Positions 50,810 to 63,376 are shown, counted from the first letter of the whole stretch. The stretch: 63,874 bases of DNA, filler included, from Thelocarpon superellum (GCA_026025795.1; 3 parts of 3 records of this genome joined end to end with filler, not necessarily neighbours in it), one strand, 5' to 3'. A program made the numbers and translations. Notes: a model not told the origin generated them from the sequence alone.

Positions 50810-52610
50810 CTATATAGATCTCTCACCGCCATCGCTCTCCTCTTCTCGTCGTCTGGACAGGTTACGATGCAGCGTATGTTCACGCATGAACAAACTAGCC
50901 ACGAGGCCGAGAGCGGCAAAACCGAAACAGGTGAGGAAGACCCCCCGCAAGGCATCCACATAGCTCTGCAAGACCCCGGGCCGCCAGTCCGGAGGAAGAT
51001 GACGGATCTCGTCAAAGCTCTCGCGGAGCTTGGCGATGACGTGCGCCGCGTCGCTGCGCCCGCCGAAGCGCGCCCACAGCTGCATCTTCAGCAGGTTCTG
51101 GAACACGGCCGAGCAGACCGTGATGCCGATCGTCGAGCCGGTCGAGCGGAAGGCGTAGGATGCGCTGGTGATGACGGCCTGGTCTGCATGCTCCACCGCG
51201 CTGATCAGCGCCAGGAGCGTGATGGTCAACATGCCCCCGTAGCCGACGCCAGCGAGGAAGAGATAGAGAAAGGGTGGCCAGGTGGGCGTGTCAAGGTCCA
51301 GTGAGCAGATCAGTGCCGTCGCCGTGAGGTAGGTGAGTTGCACGCCGACGTTCAGGTGCCAGTATCGTCCGGTCTTGTTCATGATGAGTCCCGTCCCGAG
51401 CGACCCAATGGCGGCACCGATGCTTTGCGGGATCAGCCGAACCCCGGCTTGCGTCGTGGACAGGCCCTGGATCTGGAAGAAGATGGGCAAGTAGAATATC
51501 AGCGCGAACACGCCCAGGGTGAGAAACCAGTTGGTGAGGCACGCCGAGGCCACGGTCCGGTTGAGCAGGAGCCGCACGGGGATGATGGGCTCGCTGGCCA
51601 CCTTTTCTTCCACGTAGATGAAGCCAGCGAAGATGACGGCCGCCAGGGGGATGCTGACGATCACGAGTGGGTGCGTCCAGGGTACGAAGTTACCGCCGGC
51701 GTTGAGACCGAGTAGAAAGACCACCAGGCTGGCCACCAGAAGGGCTGCACCGAGGAAATCCACCCGCCTGAGTCGCGACTTGTTGCTCGCTTTCACCGGG
51801 ATGCTGATCAGGCTGTACACTAGGATGGTGGAGAGAAGCACCAGCGGCACCTGAATCAAGAAGGCCAGACGCCAGCCCCACACGTCATTAACCCAGCCGC
51901 CAAAGACCCCGCCGAGGCCGGCCCCGGCGCCGTAGCAGATGTTGCCGATGCCTTGGATCACCCCCCGTCGCCGCAGGGGCACTAGGTCGGAGAAGACAAA
52001 GGTCGAGATGGACAGCATACCGCCACCGCCAATCCCCGCCACCACCCGGCCCAAGATGATGACCCACGGGGACTTTGCCAGGCCGCACAGCAGATTGCCC
52101 AGCGCGAAGAAGAGGTTGCAAAACACGAGACCGGCCCGGCGAGAGAAGATGTCGGTCAGCCGGCCGCTGAGAGGCTGCGACGCGGCATTGGAGATCAGAT
52201 ACGACGAGGCCAGCCATGACAGGAGGGACAGTGATCGAAACGACGTCGAGATTGGCGCCGTCAAGGTTGCGAAGATGGTGGAGTCTTCCGTTGATCAGCC
52301 CTGGCTCATCTCGGACGTCCTCCGTCGGATCGACTCTCAACGCACCTAATGCAGCAAGAAAGACCCCAAAGTAGACGCTGGCACAGATGACGATGAATTT
52401 CTGAGGACTCGGCTCATTAGGGATGGGTACGTCCGTCTCCGGCTCGTCATCGTCATCGCGGTGCGGGGTATCTTCGGCGGCGTCGACGTTCTCTTGGTCC
52501 GCAGGTTTTGCAAGCCCATCTCCGAGCAACGGACTTTCCTCTGTCGCTGTGCCGTCGTTCGCCGGCCCGGGGTCCCCTTCGTCCAGCATCTGATCTGTTC
52601 TATCAAGCAT
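50810..52610 (-). CDS. MFS transporter, 14-TM DHA2/Vba-like; 1 intron
   Basis: GVFLAAL|DSTIFAT, QPLSGRLTDIFSRR, GRVVAGIGGGG, DLVPLRRRG, RVDFLG and EPIIP. Confidence 0.92.
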
Positions 52611-52912
52611 TCTGATTCCAGGTCTCCTGCATCATGTCGTGATCACATCCACTTCCCTCCCACAAGGCTGACAGCAGGTGGGGCAGATGAGCGGCGAGGT
52701 TCCCAAAAGTTTTAGCGAAGATCCCGATGAATTTCGTCCCCGGTCGCGCCATACGCTACAGTATTGCGAAACTAATGTATAGTATCTGCTGGGTCAGTGT
52801 TCAGACCAGACCTCCTCTTGCGTCAACGACAGGTACCGATCCGATCTTTCTATCCAATGTTGAGCTATGTTACAGATTCCCCTAGATTCGACAATGCATG
52901 ACCAGACTCAGA

Positions 52913-54290
52913 TCACCCATGACCTCGTTCCAAATCGCGATCCGTGTCGATGGACACCTCTCTCAGCGGGAGGGATTCCTCGATTCGACCACCTCCATCG
53001 CCGCTCAGAGAACGCGTTGGGATCGTCCCATAATCGTCACTGCTGTCACGGAGGTCCTTGATCATGGCGAGCTCGGCCGGACTGGGATACGGCGTGTGGC
53101 AGTGCGGGGACCGAAGGGCAGGATAGTATCGGCGATAGGAGAGATGGGCCACGACAAGCCCCAGAAGCGACCCGACCGTAACGTCGTACACGTCATGCCG
53201 GTAATCCTCACATCGCGAAATGGCAATCATCGAAGCGCCCACGAGCGGAACAAGGACAAGCAGAATGCTTGTCAGCTGCGCCCCGGATCGTAACACATGC
53301 ATTTGGCCGCTAAGGAAGCTGTCATAGGCCTTGTCAGTGACGTCTTCACACGAGAGGATGCTGCAGACACACATGGCGAGAAATCCAAGGCCACTAAAAG
53401 CCGAGCTACTGTGGCCGCTGGGAAAGCTCCTCCATCCATCGTGGAGGATATGATGATTCGTCTCGGTGCAAACTTGATATGTCATCAAGCCATGTGCCGG
53501 CGTTCCGTCTCGCTGAAACTCCCCACCTTCGTCAGCGGATCCTCGGTAGATCCTCAGGAGCACAGATGGTATAGACCGTACCGGTTTGCATCGGTCCAAG
53601 AGGTCCGGCCTTGGTCGTCCGACGGCATTCTTGAAGATCTACGTCATAGGGTTCAGTGATATTCGGGCATTGAGGAGAGACCGCTGACATCGGTGAGGAA
53701 CGATGTGAGTATCAGACTAAGCAGTGTGTCAGTTTGAGCCATGTCGATGGCGCAAGGCTTACCTGATGGTGAGAGCAAGAAGAGTGACGTGAATATGATG
53801 TCCGGTGGGCCGGAAGATAGCTGCCCACAGTCCGATGACGACGAGCGGAACACCGGCTGCAAAGCCAAAGAGCCAGCCTGGGAGGTGCCGCTCGTTAGTA
53901 TGAGCCTGACGTCTGTTCCATGATGGACGATCGCCCTACCCAAAGGTACTCGCTCGACGATGGCGTGAGGAAATTGGATGGTCGGATCGTCCAAAGTGAA
54001 CATCCGATGAAATGGCTCGGCAAAGAATTGAAGCTGCACGGCTCGCTCTTCAGTTTTGGCTACGTGCGCGATACGTCGAGGGTAGCATACCACGAGATAC
54101 CCTGCCAGGATCAAGAGCAGCCCGATGTAATCCGGACCATAAGATTTCTAGCACGCGGTGAGATTGGGTTCCCGCAATCATGGCTTGGACGGACCTGCCA
54201 GAAGCGGGCAAGGGACCCCAAAACACCGTGTTGGTGGACGAGGTCGCGGGATCCCCATCGCTTTGATGACGCCTGGTGTTCCGGCATCAT
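52913..54290 (-). CDS. DPP1: PAP2-family diacylglycerol pyrophosphate / lipid phosphate phosphatase; about 8 exons
   Basis: All three PAP2 motifs appear after splicing: KNAVGRPRP, SFPSGHSS and SRCEDYRHDVYD. Confidence 0.88.
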
Positions 54291-54610
54291 CGATGATCGT
54301 GAGGCAACTCAACGACGCCCGCAATCATTATGACTTCCAGACGGGTCTAGAAGTTCACATGGTACGAGCAATGGCAGAGGTAGAGACGGAAGGATCGTAT
54401 GTAGAGCCGTGACGCAGCGTTCCCATCCACGTTCGAGAGGCGTTCGCCGGACCGGTCGATGAGGCTAGCAGGGATGTAGCGCACCAAGCCTTCCCTTGTC
54501 TCTCGGCACGTTCTCCGCAAAGGTCAACTTCAGATCACCCATCCTTGGCCTCGCCCTTGCAGACTTCTCGGGCCACGAGGAGGGGTTGGAGTGTCCCCGC
54601 GGTCAAGGCC

Positions 54611-55412
54611 ATGAACATGGAGCAGCGAGATCAACCTGGCAACCTGGCCGCCTTCCCGGCCCCGCCACCCTTCTACAAGAACTTCACTCGCGCCAATCGT
54701 GCACAAGCCACGGCGCTCCAGGCGAAAGATGGCGCAAGCATCCCACCAGAGCTCCGCACGCTACTCCCCCCGGCACCCCCAGAAACGGGCACCTATCGCT
54801 GCTTTGGCGACCCCTACCACGTACGTGCTCCGTCATCATCTCTCATTGTGCTCACCGCGACCAAGGCTGACCACAATCGACGGGTAGATCGACGATGTGC
54901 TCCCCTCCCTCAGCGATTCCAACATCGAGCAGCTCTACCCGGCTACGCCCGCGCCCGACCAACCCGATAGCTCGTCGCAGGCAGCCACGCCGGCGAGGAA
55001 CAAGGACCGAGCCTTCTATCTGCAGAAGATCACGCAGAGCTTGCTGTTGAATTTCATGGAGCTCGTCGGCATTCTGAGCACCAACCCGGCGCAGTACGAA
55101 GAGAAGATCCACGACCTGCGCACGCTCTTCGTCAACGCCCACCACCTGCTCAATGAGTATCGTCCGCACCAGGCGCGCGAGAGCCTGGCGTTGTTGATGG
55201 AAGAGCAACTTGATCGGTGTCGGGCCGAGACGGAGACGATCCGTCAGATGAAGGCCAAGGTGGAGCGCGTGCTCGAGGGCGTGAGTGACGAGATGGAGAA
55301 GATGGAGACGACTTCGACCGCCGCGCTTGCGGATGTGACCAAGGCTGAGGCGACGGCGAGGCTTGGTGTGGAGAGACGCGTGTGGGCGCTCCTCGACCAG
55401 GAGCTGGGGTGA
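54611..55412 (+). CDS. MED7: Mediator subunit 7; 1 intron
   Basis: AFPAPPPFYK, LLPP.PP..GTYRCFG, SLLLNFMELVGIL and NAHHLLNEYRPHQARESL. Confidence 0.95.
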
Positions 55413-55964
55413 AGCGTCATCGCTCACCCACCCACCTTCTCGATCGTCGACGCCACTCAGCGTCTCCCCCCTCCACCGGAGAATGAGCACGACGGACGCT
55501 TCTTCGTCCCTCTCGCCGGCTGTAATAGCTCGCACGTCCCAGCAAAGGCGGGGTGAGATGCGGTGGCCCCTTCTAGGGATAGGTGCGATCGATGCATGCG
55601 TTACGGCTACGAGGGCGATCATCCTGCTGCTCGTGGGAAGAGGCGTCACGGCGCACTGGCGAAATGTCAGATGAATTCTCGAGCTTGAACCTTTGGAGCG
55701 GCTCGCTAGAGACGGTGCCACGGTGCCAGTAGACGGGCTGGGAGCGCCAGACGCAGCGAGACCTCATTAAAGCAGAACGCTAGCTAAGCCAAGGAAGATG
55801 AGAAATGAATGAGTCAAGAAGGTGACCGGGAAGTTGGCCCTTCCGTGCGTCTGGTCCGCAATGCAAAGTCATTATCAAAGTGATCGGGGCCCCGTCTGCC
55901 GAGCACCAAAGAGAATCAATCACGCAAGTCGTCCAGGCTGTAGAGAGACGTCTGAAGAGCGCCG

Positions 55965-58216
55965 TCAAACGTCGATTTTCGCCGGTGACTCGTTCGCTAT
56001 CGCGGCACCGGTGACGCTCTTCTCGCGATCCTGCGCGTGGGCCGGCCGATCATACCCCAAATGACGAGGTCGAGTCATCAGACCCCAGAGCCAGACGGCA
56101 CACAGAACAAGGAAGATCGCACCAACGATGAGGATGGCGATCCGCAGTGGTGCCGTCGAGAACAAATCTGGCGCCACAGAAGAGTTCATGGCCAAGACGA
56201 GGGCCAACTTAGCCCGGCCAGAAAAGGTATCAGCGGCATCGGTGAGACGCGCGTGATGGAGGCCAGCTATAGCGGCGGTCAGTGGACGAGCTGGGAGAGG
56301 ACCATTTGTTGCACTCACCGGAACACGCTCCCGCCCACGAGAGGGCGACCTTTGGTTGCATCCCAGCCGCTGTGGTTAGGAAATAAAGGATGCCCCACGT
56401 CTGCACAAAGGTGATCAAGCCGGGAGATGTTCCGCCCGTCTTCTCAATCCTCGTGATCATTGCTTCGAGCGTCGTCTCGACGGTCTGCGCCAGCCGCGCA
56501 CTCGATAGCATGCTTTGGAGAATGTGATCCTGCGTTTCCTGTCCCTTCATCTTAGCCCACGATCCAAAAGGGTCGAGTAAGACCAGGATCATGATAGAAG
56601 ATGCGAGCAGACGAACCAGTTGCTTCACCTGGGTAGCGACCATCACGTCAGTGGCCTCAGTCATGTCTCGAAAGCTTGCGTTGAGGCTGTTGGCGCCCTG
56701 GATACCGCTCAGCACGCAACCATCGCCTCCCTAGCTGGAAGCCTCACCTCTTCAAGACTGTCGAAACGGCGATGGAGGTTGACCGCGGATTCATTCGACA
56801 TGTTCTGGTCACGGTAAGCGAGTATCAGCGACGTCGCCGCATCTTCACCAACCAAGAGCTTCTTGAGAAATTCCATAGCTTGAACGACGGCCGGAAACTC
56901 GTGCTCGTGAAGCAGCGAAAGGAAGTTGGAAACGCCATCGGCCATCTCGCCACTCTTCTCCAGTTGCTGGGTCTGTTGAGTGGCTAGTTCGGCCTGGTCT
57001 TGTAGTGCCTCGCGTGCTTGTATAAGGGGTGGATGGAGGGACTCGGCGGCTTGCTGGGATTCCTTCATGGACTATTGGCCCCCTTAGATGAGGACAAGCG
57101 GCAGGGTGTGCCACACTCACCTCTCGAAGTTTGGCCGCCTCGGTCGATGCCGCTCGACCAAAGATCTTCACTTCGTCCAACAAGGTACGAATGGAGTGGA
57201 CGGACTGAGAGAAGAATTCTTGAACCTCAACGGCGGTGTGGTTTAGCCCACGCATGACATCTTCATTGAAGGCCTGAATAGCTTGTCCAAATCGATGCTG
57301 GCCGGCAAAGTACGCGGCGAAAGTCTCTGTGGCATTGGCGAGGGTATCTGTCGTATTCGATGCCACCCAGGTCATGAATTCGTGCAGGTCTAGAAGCTCA
57401 TCTTCCCGTCACGGGCGTCAGCAATCAACCCAAATCGGATGTAGCCACTCGTCTGGTGCTCACCTCGATCTTGATTGATCCTCACCGCTTGACACATGAC
57501 CACCGCGCCTTGCCTCGCATTGCTGTAACTCGTCCACCACTGAGGCCTGGTCTCCAGACTCTTGAGGCAACGTCCCAACAGGGCTGTGGTAATCTCATCA
57601 TGAGTGAAAGGCGGCGATGACGCACGATGGTGCTCGTCTTGCGAGTAGAGGCGCCAGAAGCTCTTCGCTCGCCGTCCACGACCGGCCTTTGTAGACGCTT
57701 GCGGACTCAGCGGCGCACACTCTCCTGGCGGAAGAGCGCCCGCTCCCACAAGCTCGCAGATGGCGAGACGTGCCGCGTACACCGATTTGATCTCGTCCAG
57801 GACCGACTCAGATGCCTCTGAGCCGCTGGCAGATTCGGAGGATCGCTCAAGTGACCTACACGAATCCAGGAGCGATACTGTTGCCAGTCGATCGCAAGTC
57901 GGAGCCGAGCGCTGCGCCGCGATGAGATCGAATGCTTTCCAGTAGACCGAGGCGAGCTGGGCCTTAACCCGAGAGGTCAAGACCAGCGGATCGTCCTCTT
58001 CGCCACCGTCGACGGTGCTCACTGCCTGGGGCAGCGAACGACCTGTACTCGATATCAACCGGGAGCTCACTCACACCAATGGATCAGGGCATGATGCCGA
58101 CCATCGCGAGTGGCCGCAGCCACATTGGTCGGCTGAGGCAGGCTCGCCCCCGTCACCACGATCAAGCTTGCCAAGGCAAGCAGGATGAGGAGGCCAGTCC
58201 TCGTCGACAGGCCCAT
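55965..58216 (-). CDS. KAR5: Nuclear membrane fusion protein Kar5/Tht1 (GEX1/Brambleberry family); multi-exon
   Basis: Signal peptide, Cys-rich domain PTCDRLA...LLDSC...YAARLAICEL.GAG..P.EC...CLKSLETRPQWWTSYSNARQGAVVMC, coiled-coil middle and C-terminal TM segments. Confidence 0.85.
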
Positions 58217-58908
58217 GATGGGCTCTTGGAGGCTTGCAAGCGGTCAGAGTGGATGAAGAGATATGGTCAACAAATAATCATGGGAAGGTTGCGTAGATGG
58301 GTGGGAGAAAGATCGAGAAGACTTGACGGGAGTGAGGAAGGAGAAGAGGAAGAAGAAGAAATAGAAGCAGAGGCGGTCCTCGAAGAAGAGCAGAGGGATG
58401 TGTGAAGGCAAAGGGAGTGGCCTTCTTCCTCGGCTAGCGAGAGGATATAGAGCTTCACTCGGACGTACATGATTCCTCCAACTGCCGCGCAGTATATTGT
58501 CGTCGCCACGGTGCGCAGCGTCGACGGTTGTGAGCCGGTTGTCGCTATAGGGGCTAACCCCTGTGGGCGACGTTGACGCAGCCTGCTTGGTCATGCCGAA
58601 GAACTCCCGAGTTCTTCTCATGGCTACGATGGCTTCACCACCACAGATCTCAAGATATACACAGTACTCTGGCCCGGAAACGCACAATGATGCGAAAACG
58701 GAGAAGCGGTTCTGTCTGGACCTCAGGTATCTGCTGAGGTGTGCTTGAGTCCGCGCGTAGCGGCTAAGTAGCCGCTACGCGAGCTGCAACACAGCTGCAC
58801 TGCCGCCGTCAGTGGCGCTAACAGCCGATTGACTCTCCTGGACTTTTCGGGACCTGCTTGATTTCTGGCGTGACTGGAACGGCCATCTGCATCCCATCCT
58901 CTGTCACC

Positions 58909-59799
58909 ATGGCTGTGCATCCCATCGGACGTGCATGTGTCCGGATGGTGACGGAGCTCTCACCTCGGAGCAGCATTTTGCCCCTCCCTTTCCTTGTACC
59001 CGCCCTGCACGGTTTTGGAGGCAGCCGATGCTTCTCTCAGTCGCGACCCGCGGCCTCTCATTACACGCGCACGCCGCTCTCATTACCTCCGGAAGTCACC
59101 TTCCAGGTGCTGGATCCGCCCCTCGTCAAGAAGCAGCATGGAATGAAGCGTGAGGCACCACGTAAAACCGTGGAGCTCACCGGTCCGCTCGGTAGGTTAG
59201 GCTCGGATGGGGCGTGCGCTACACAAGCTCACCAGGCGGACCAGGTCAATTGAAGATGGAGTTGCCCCCCTTTGTCCAGATCGAGGAGGATATGTCGCGG
59301 AGGAAGTTGACGATCAAGGTGGAGGATGCGACGATTCGGCATCAGCGGGAGATGTGGGGTATGAGCTTGGCCCCATCCGCGCGACGTAAGGGAGGAGAAT
59401 TCATGGCGACTAACGGCGAGAACAGGCACGACGCGGGCCTATCTACAGAATCATATCCTTGGCGTATCAGAAGGGCACACGGCCATTCTCCGCCTTGTGG
59501 GGGTCGGCTACCGTGCCAGCGTGGAGCCGACTGCGACGACAGTCTCGCCGGCCTACCCGGGACAACAGTTCGTGTCGCTTCGCGTGGGCTACTCGCATCC
59601 CATCGAGCTTGGGGTGCCTCTCGGGGTCAAGGCTAGCACGCCACAGCCGACGCGGATCTTGCTGGAGGGCATGGAGAAGGTGGTGGTCAACCAGTTTGCC
59701 GCGGAGATCCGCATGTGGCGGAAGCCGGAGCCTTACAAGGGCAAAGGCATCTTTGTGAACGGCGAGACTATTACGCTAAAGGCGAAGAAGATCAAATAG
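58909..59799 (+). CDS. MRPL6: Mitochondrial ribosomal protein uL6m; 3 exons
   Basis: GPL|G, QREMWG|TTRAYLQNHILGVSEGH, GVGYRA, GYSHPIE and FAAEIRMWRKPEPYKGKGI. Confidence 0.95.
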
Positions 59800-59807
59800 A
59801 AGGCGTG

Positions 59808-60908
59808 TCATCTAGCCATATTGGGAACCACCGGCGTGCCTCCTCCTTTCTGGGCCAAGATCGCTTCGACGGCGTTCAGGACCTCGCGGTGGATGGCGTG
59901 TGGCGCTGCCACGACGCCTTGGTTGCTCGCCAAGGTACGTCCTTGGCCGAAGTCGAGTCGGTGGCCATTGGCGTCGGTCACGGATCCGCCGGCCTCACGC
60001 ACGATCAGATCGCCGGCGGCATGGTCCCAGATCTTCTCCTCGTAGTCTTTCCGTACCGGGAGGCGCAGGTAGATGTCTCCGGCCCCGCGGGCAATGGAGG
60101 CATACTTGGCCTGCGAGTCCATGCGCACGCTCGGCCGGGTGATGCCTAGGCGTTGGGCGATGGCGGATTGCTCGTCGTGCGCCGAATGGCCGGCTTCGAC
60201 GCTCTCGCACAGGGTGGCGTGCCGCAGGTCCGATACGGGCTTCATACTGATGAGTTGGCTGGGACCGAGGGCGCCGCGGCCCAGCGGACGACTCGTGGCG
60301 TTAAAGCCCTGCACGGCGGCAAATAGCACGCCGTGCCCCTCGTCCGTCTGATCGGCGCCCGCATCGGCCGACAGCGGCACGTCATTGTCGACGGGAAGGT
60401 TGGGACAGCCCAAAACACCCACCTTGACGTCGCCCTGGACGATGAGGGCCAGGCAGACTGCATACTGTCCACCGCGTAGAAAGCCCTTGGTCCCATCGAC
60501 CGGGTCCAGCGCCCAGATCCTGCCCCGCCGCCCACCCGCGCTATTGCCGGCATCAATGGCATCGAGCATCTGCATTTCATTCTGCAGGGGACCGCCTAAG
60601 ACGGCCTCAGACGGTGCGTCCTCGAGGCGGACATCTTTCAGCAACGTCCAGATACGTGCTCGCAATGCATCATTGGCCCTCAGTGCCGTCGCCTCCTCTT
60701 CCCCCACAATCTCGTCATGCGGGAAGTTCTTGCGTAAGGCTTGGATGATCAGGGCCTGGGCGCCGAAATCGGCAACGGTGACGGGCGAGTGGTCGTCTTT
60801 CGACAAGGTCCCCTTTGATTTGTCATGGAAGACGGCCTTGGTCAACAGCGTGGCACGCTGGACCGCGAGCTCGGCTACCTGCAGTTCATGGGCATACGCC
60901 TGTGACAT
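59808..60908 (-). CDS. MET22: 3'(2'),5'-bisphosphate nucleotidase
   Basis: KDDHSPVTVADFGAQA, IVGEE, WALDPVDGTKGFLRGGQYAVCLAL, DSQAKY and EKIWDHAAG. Confidence 0.96.
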   Translation of the reverse strand: MSQAYAHELQVAELAVQRATLLTKAVFHDKSKGTLSKDDHSPVTVADFGAQALIIQALRKNFPHDEIVGEEEATALRANDALRARIWTLLKDVRLEDAPSEAVLGGPLQNEMQMLDAIDAGNSAGGRRGRIWALDPVDGTKGFLRGGQYAVCLALIVQGDVKVGVLGCPNLPVDNDVPLSADAGADQTDEGHGVLFAAVQGFNATSRPLGRGALGPSQLISMKPVSDLRHATLCESVEAGHSAHDEQSAIAQRLGITRPSVRMDSQAKYASIARGAGDIYLRLPVRKDYEEKIWDHAAGDLIVREAGGSVTDANGHRLDFGQGRTLASNQGVVAAPHAIHREVLNAVEAILAQKGGGTPVVPNMAR

Positions 60909-61891
60909 GGTGGCGGATGAGGCAGATGGGACACGACAATGATACAGTAGACCAGCAATACACGCGGGGTGGCAAGAAAGACGCTGAACGCCAGGATCGC
61001 ACAAGCGGAGATGGTCCGCAGCGTGGAGCGCTTGTGCGGCCGTGAGTCGTGGTGGCGGTGGACCCGGCTTTTATAGTTCACGACAAGGGGCTTCTGCACC
61101 ATCGCGCTCCTACATCATGGGCGCTGCTTGCCGGGCAATTGGCGTCGAAGAGCAAGCCTTAGAAGCGTCATCAAACTATGCTGGGGCGCAATACGACCCG
61201 AGCGAGCGAGCACTATCCTAGTGCTCTCGTCTGTGGCGTCAATCGTGGACTTCCGTGGACAACCAATATCGGGCGTCGCGTGTGTCTTGGCGAAGAGTAG
61301 AGCGGGATGGTTGTCAGCGCTGAGGACCGAAGCTTCTACATTGCCTGGCTGCATGTCTTCTCCAAAGGGCCCAAGATCCGCTCCGCTCTCCCTCTGTCCA
61401 AGAGTTTCCTTGTCCTGTCCTGCCTGAATCGTCCTTGCGCCACAAGCGATCGATTGGATCCGAGGTCTTATGCACAGTACCCCCTGCTGGCGATCTACTA
61501 TGACCGAGTCAATCGGATCGTGCGTGTCGGTAGCGACGAACTGTTTCAATTCCGCCTGAGTCGGATCAAGGACATTTGAACTTGCTCCACTGAGCCAGCT
61601 GTCCACTCGATTGAGAGAGATGGAACTGCAATACAGAGTATTTGGACAATTGCAGGCAGTATGGTAGTAGTCCTACGGGAGATCGCCACCTCGCGGTGCA
61701 GGCTCCGGCGAAGCCGTCAAGTATGGAGCGGCCCTTTCGTATGGGCCAAGGTCAGTACAGGCACGCTAAGTGAGCACAAACAAAGAGCTCGGCCACCATG
61801 TGCCCGAAAACAACCCCACATTCCACACAAGTCCATCCTCTTAAATCCTCCACGCTCCAGAAAGTCGGTTGTGGCAGCGTGCGGCAGGCCA

Positions 61892-63376
61892 ATGTATTCC
61901 ACCAAGCGCAAGTTTCATAGTCTCCTCGACTCCCTCACGGCCCCGGACACTGCGTCCCCTTCGGTGCCCGGCGTCCGCAGACGGCCGGTCACCTCGACGG
62001 CCAGCGTCGAGTCCGATTCCAGGTCGCATGCCAAGAAGCCTCGCGTGCAGCGACCCGTCTCTTCGCTCGTGTCCGGGTCCACCAGCGAGCCCAGCGGCCA
62101 TGAGCGCCGGAGATCATCCGGCGTGCAGATGCCGAGCAGATACCCGCCGATCCACTCGCGACGTCCAACGGCTCCCAACTTTGCACCCTGGGACCGTGAT
62201 CAGTTCCTCAACCGACTGAAGACCTTTCGACACGTGGACAAGTGGAGCGCGAAGCCCACGCCGGTGACTGAGGTGCAGTGGGCCAAACGGGGGTGGACGT
62301 GCATCGGCAAGGAGCGAGTCGGATGCGTCGGTGGCTGCGGCCGACAAGTCTTTGTCAAGCTCGGTGACACCTCCGCGCGGCAGGGGTCGAACGAGGATCA
62401 TGAGGACCAGCAGGAGGAGGATGACGGTGAGAGTGAGACTTGGAAGAGAGGTGCCGGTAGGTGTGGCGGGCCAAGAGAGGTGATCTGCGCTGACGTACTA
62501 CTAGACCAAGCCCTGATCGAACGATACGCAGCCATGATTTTGACGGGACACGAGGAGGACTGCCTCTGGCGGAGGCGCGGATGTGATGATACCATCTATC
62601 ACCTCGGATTGAACAAGCCCTTCACGGCGACGGCGGGACTACGGTCACGCTACGAGTCGCTCGTCGCCATCGCGGGTGACTTGCCCGCCGTCGTTTCCAC
62701 CCCCTTGGCAATCTATTTGAGTCGTCTGATCGAGCAGTTGCCCCCGGACTTCCACCACGTCGACCCGGCCCTTCCCCCATCCGACTCGCCCGAACCAAGG
62801 TCGGCGCCTGTTAATCCTACGGCGTTCGCGCTGGCCTTGTTCGGTTGGGAGGCCGAGGAGGGGCATATTCAAGGTCTAGCGACGTGCGGTGCGTGCTTTC
62901 GACGGCTTGGGCTGTGGCTCTTTAAAGACCGAGCCACGTCGGATGAGGTGAACGGGGGGGTCGGTGAAGAGGCTGGTGCATCAATGAGCCGGCTGGACGT
63001 GGAGAGCGAGCATCGGGACTATTGTCCCTGGATCAACGCGGCGACGCAGAATGGAGGCACCCCGCGACCCAAGTCCCAGCAGGCCCAAGCGTTGTCAGGC
63101 TGGGAGGCACTGGTACGTGCCCTTGGCACGATGCATCACCCGGACGTGGCCGCGGGCCGTGATCATCTCGAGGCGGAGGCGGCGGACACAGCGGACGAAG
63201 GCGTACCAACGGAGGTGGCCAGTGCGCGAACGTCGCTGGACCAGGGCGAGGGCCGGAGCGAACGCGATGCCAAGGATAGCGAGCGATGGGCCAAGCTCAA
63301 AAAGATCCGGCAGGCCTTCAACCTCAAGGGGAAGCGGAAGAAGAGCCAGGCTAGTATACGCACGGCTGCGGGATGA
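61892..63376 (+). CDS. RSM1: zf-C3HC/Rsm1-domain protein (Rsm1/Pml39/NIPA-like mRNA export factor); probable in-frame 48-nt intron 62457-62504
   Basis: FAPWDRDQFLNRLKTF, WAKRGWTC...C.GGC...HEEDCLWR, LALFGW, CGACFRRLGLW and EHRDYCPW. Confidence 0.88.
   Translation: MYSTKRKFHSLLDSLTAPDTASPSVPGVRRRPVTSTASVESDSRSHAKKPRVQRPVSSLVSGSTSEPSGHERRRSSGVQMPSRYPPIHSRRPTAPNFAPWDRDQFLNRLKTFRHVDKWSAKPTPVTEVQWAKRGWTCIGKERVGCVGGCGRQVFVKLGDTSARQGSNEDHEDQQEEDDGESETWKRGAGRCGGPREVICADVLLDQALIERYAAMILTGHEEDCLWRRRGCDDTIYHLGLNKPFTATAGLRSRYESLVAIAGDLPAVVSTPLAIYLSRLIEQLPPDFHHVDPALPPSDSPEPRSAPVNPTAFALALFGWEAEEGHIQGLATCGACFRRLGLWLFKDRATSDEVNGGVGEEAGASMSRLDVESEHRDYCPWINAATQNGGTPRPKSQQAQALSGWEALVRALGTMHHPDVAAGRDHLEAEAADTADEGVPTEVASARTSLDQGEGRSERDAKDSERWAKLKKIRQAFNLKGKRKKSQASIRTAAG

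Noticed and set aside
58682..58744. Possible C/D box snoRNA (GCACA-ATGATGC ... CTGA-GGTGTGC)
   Set aside because: The C box is imperfect, it is only about 60 nt long, and I could not identify an rRNA-complementary guide.
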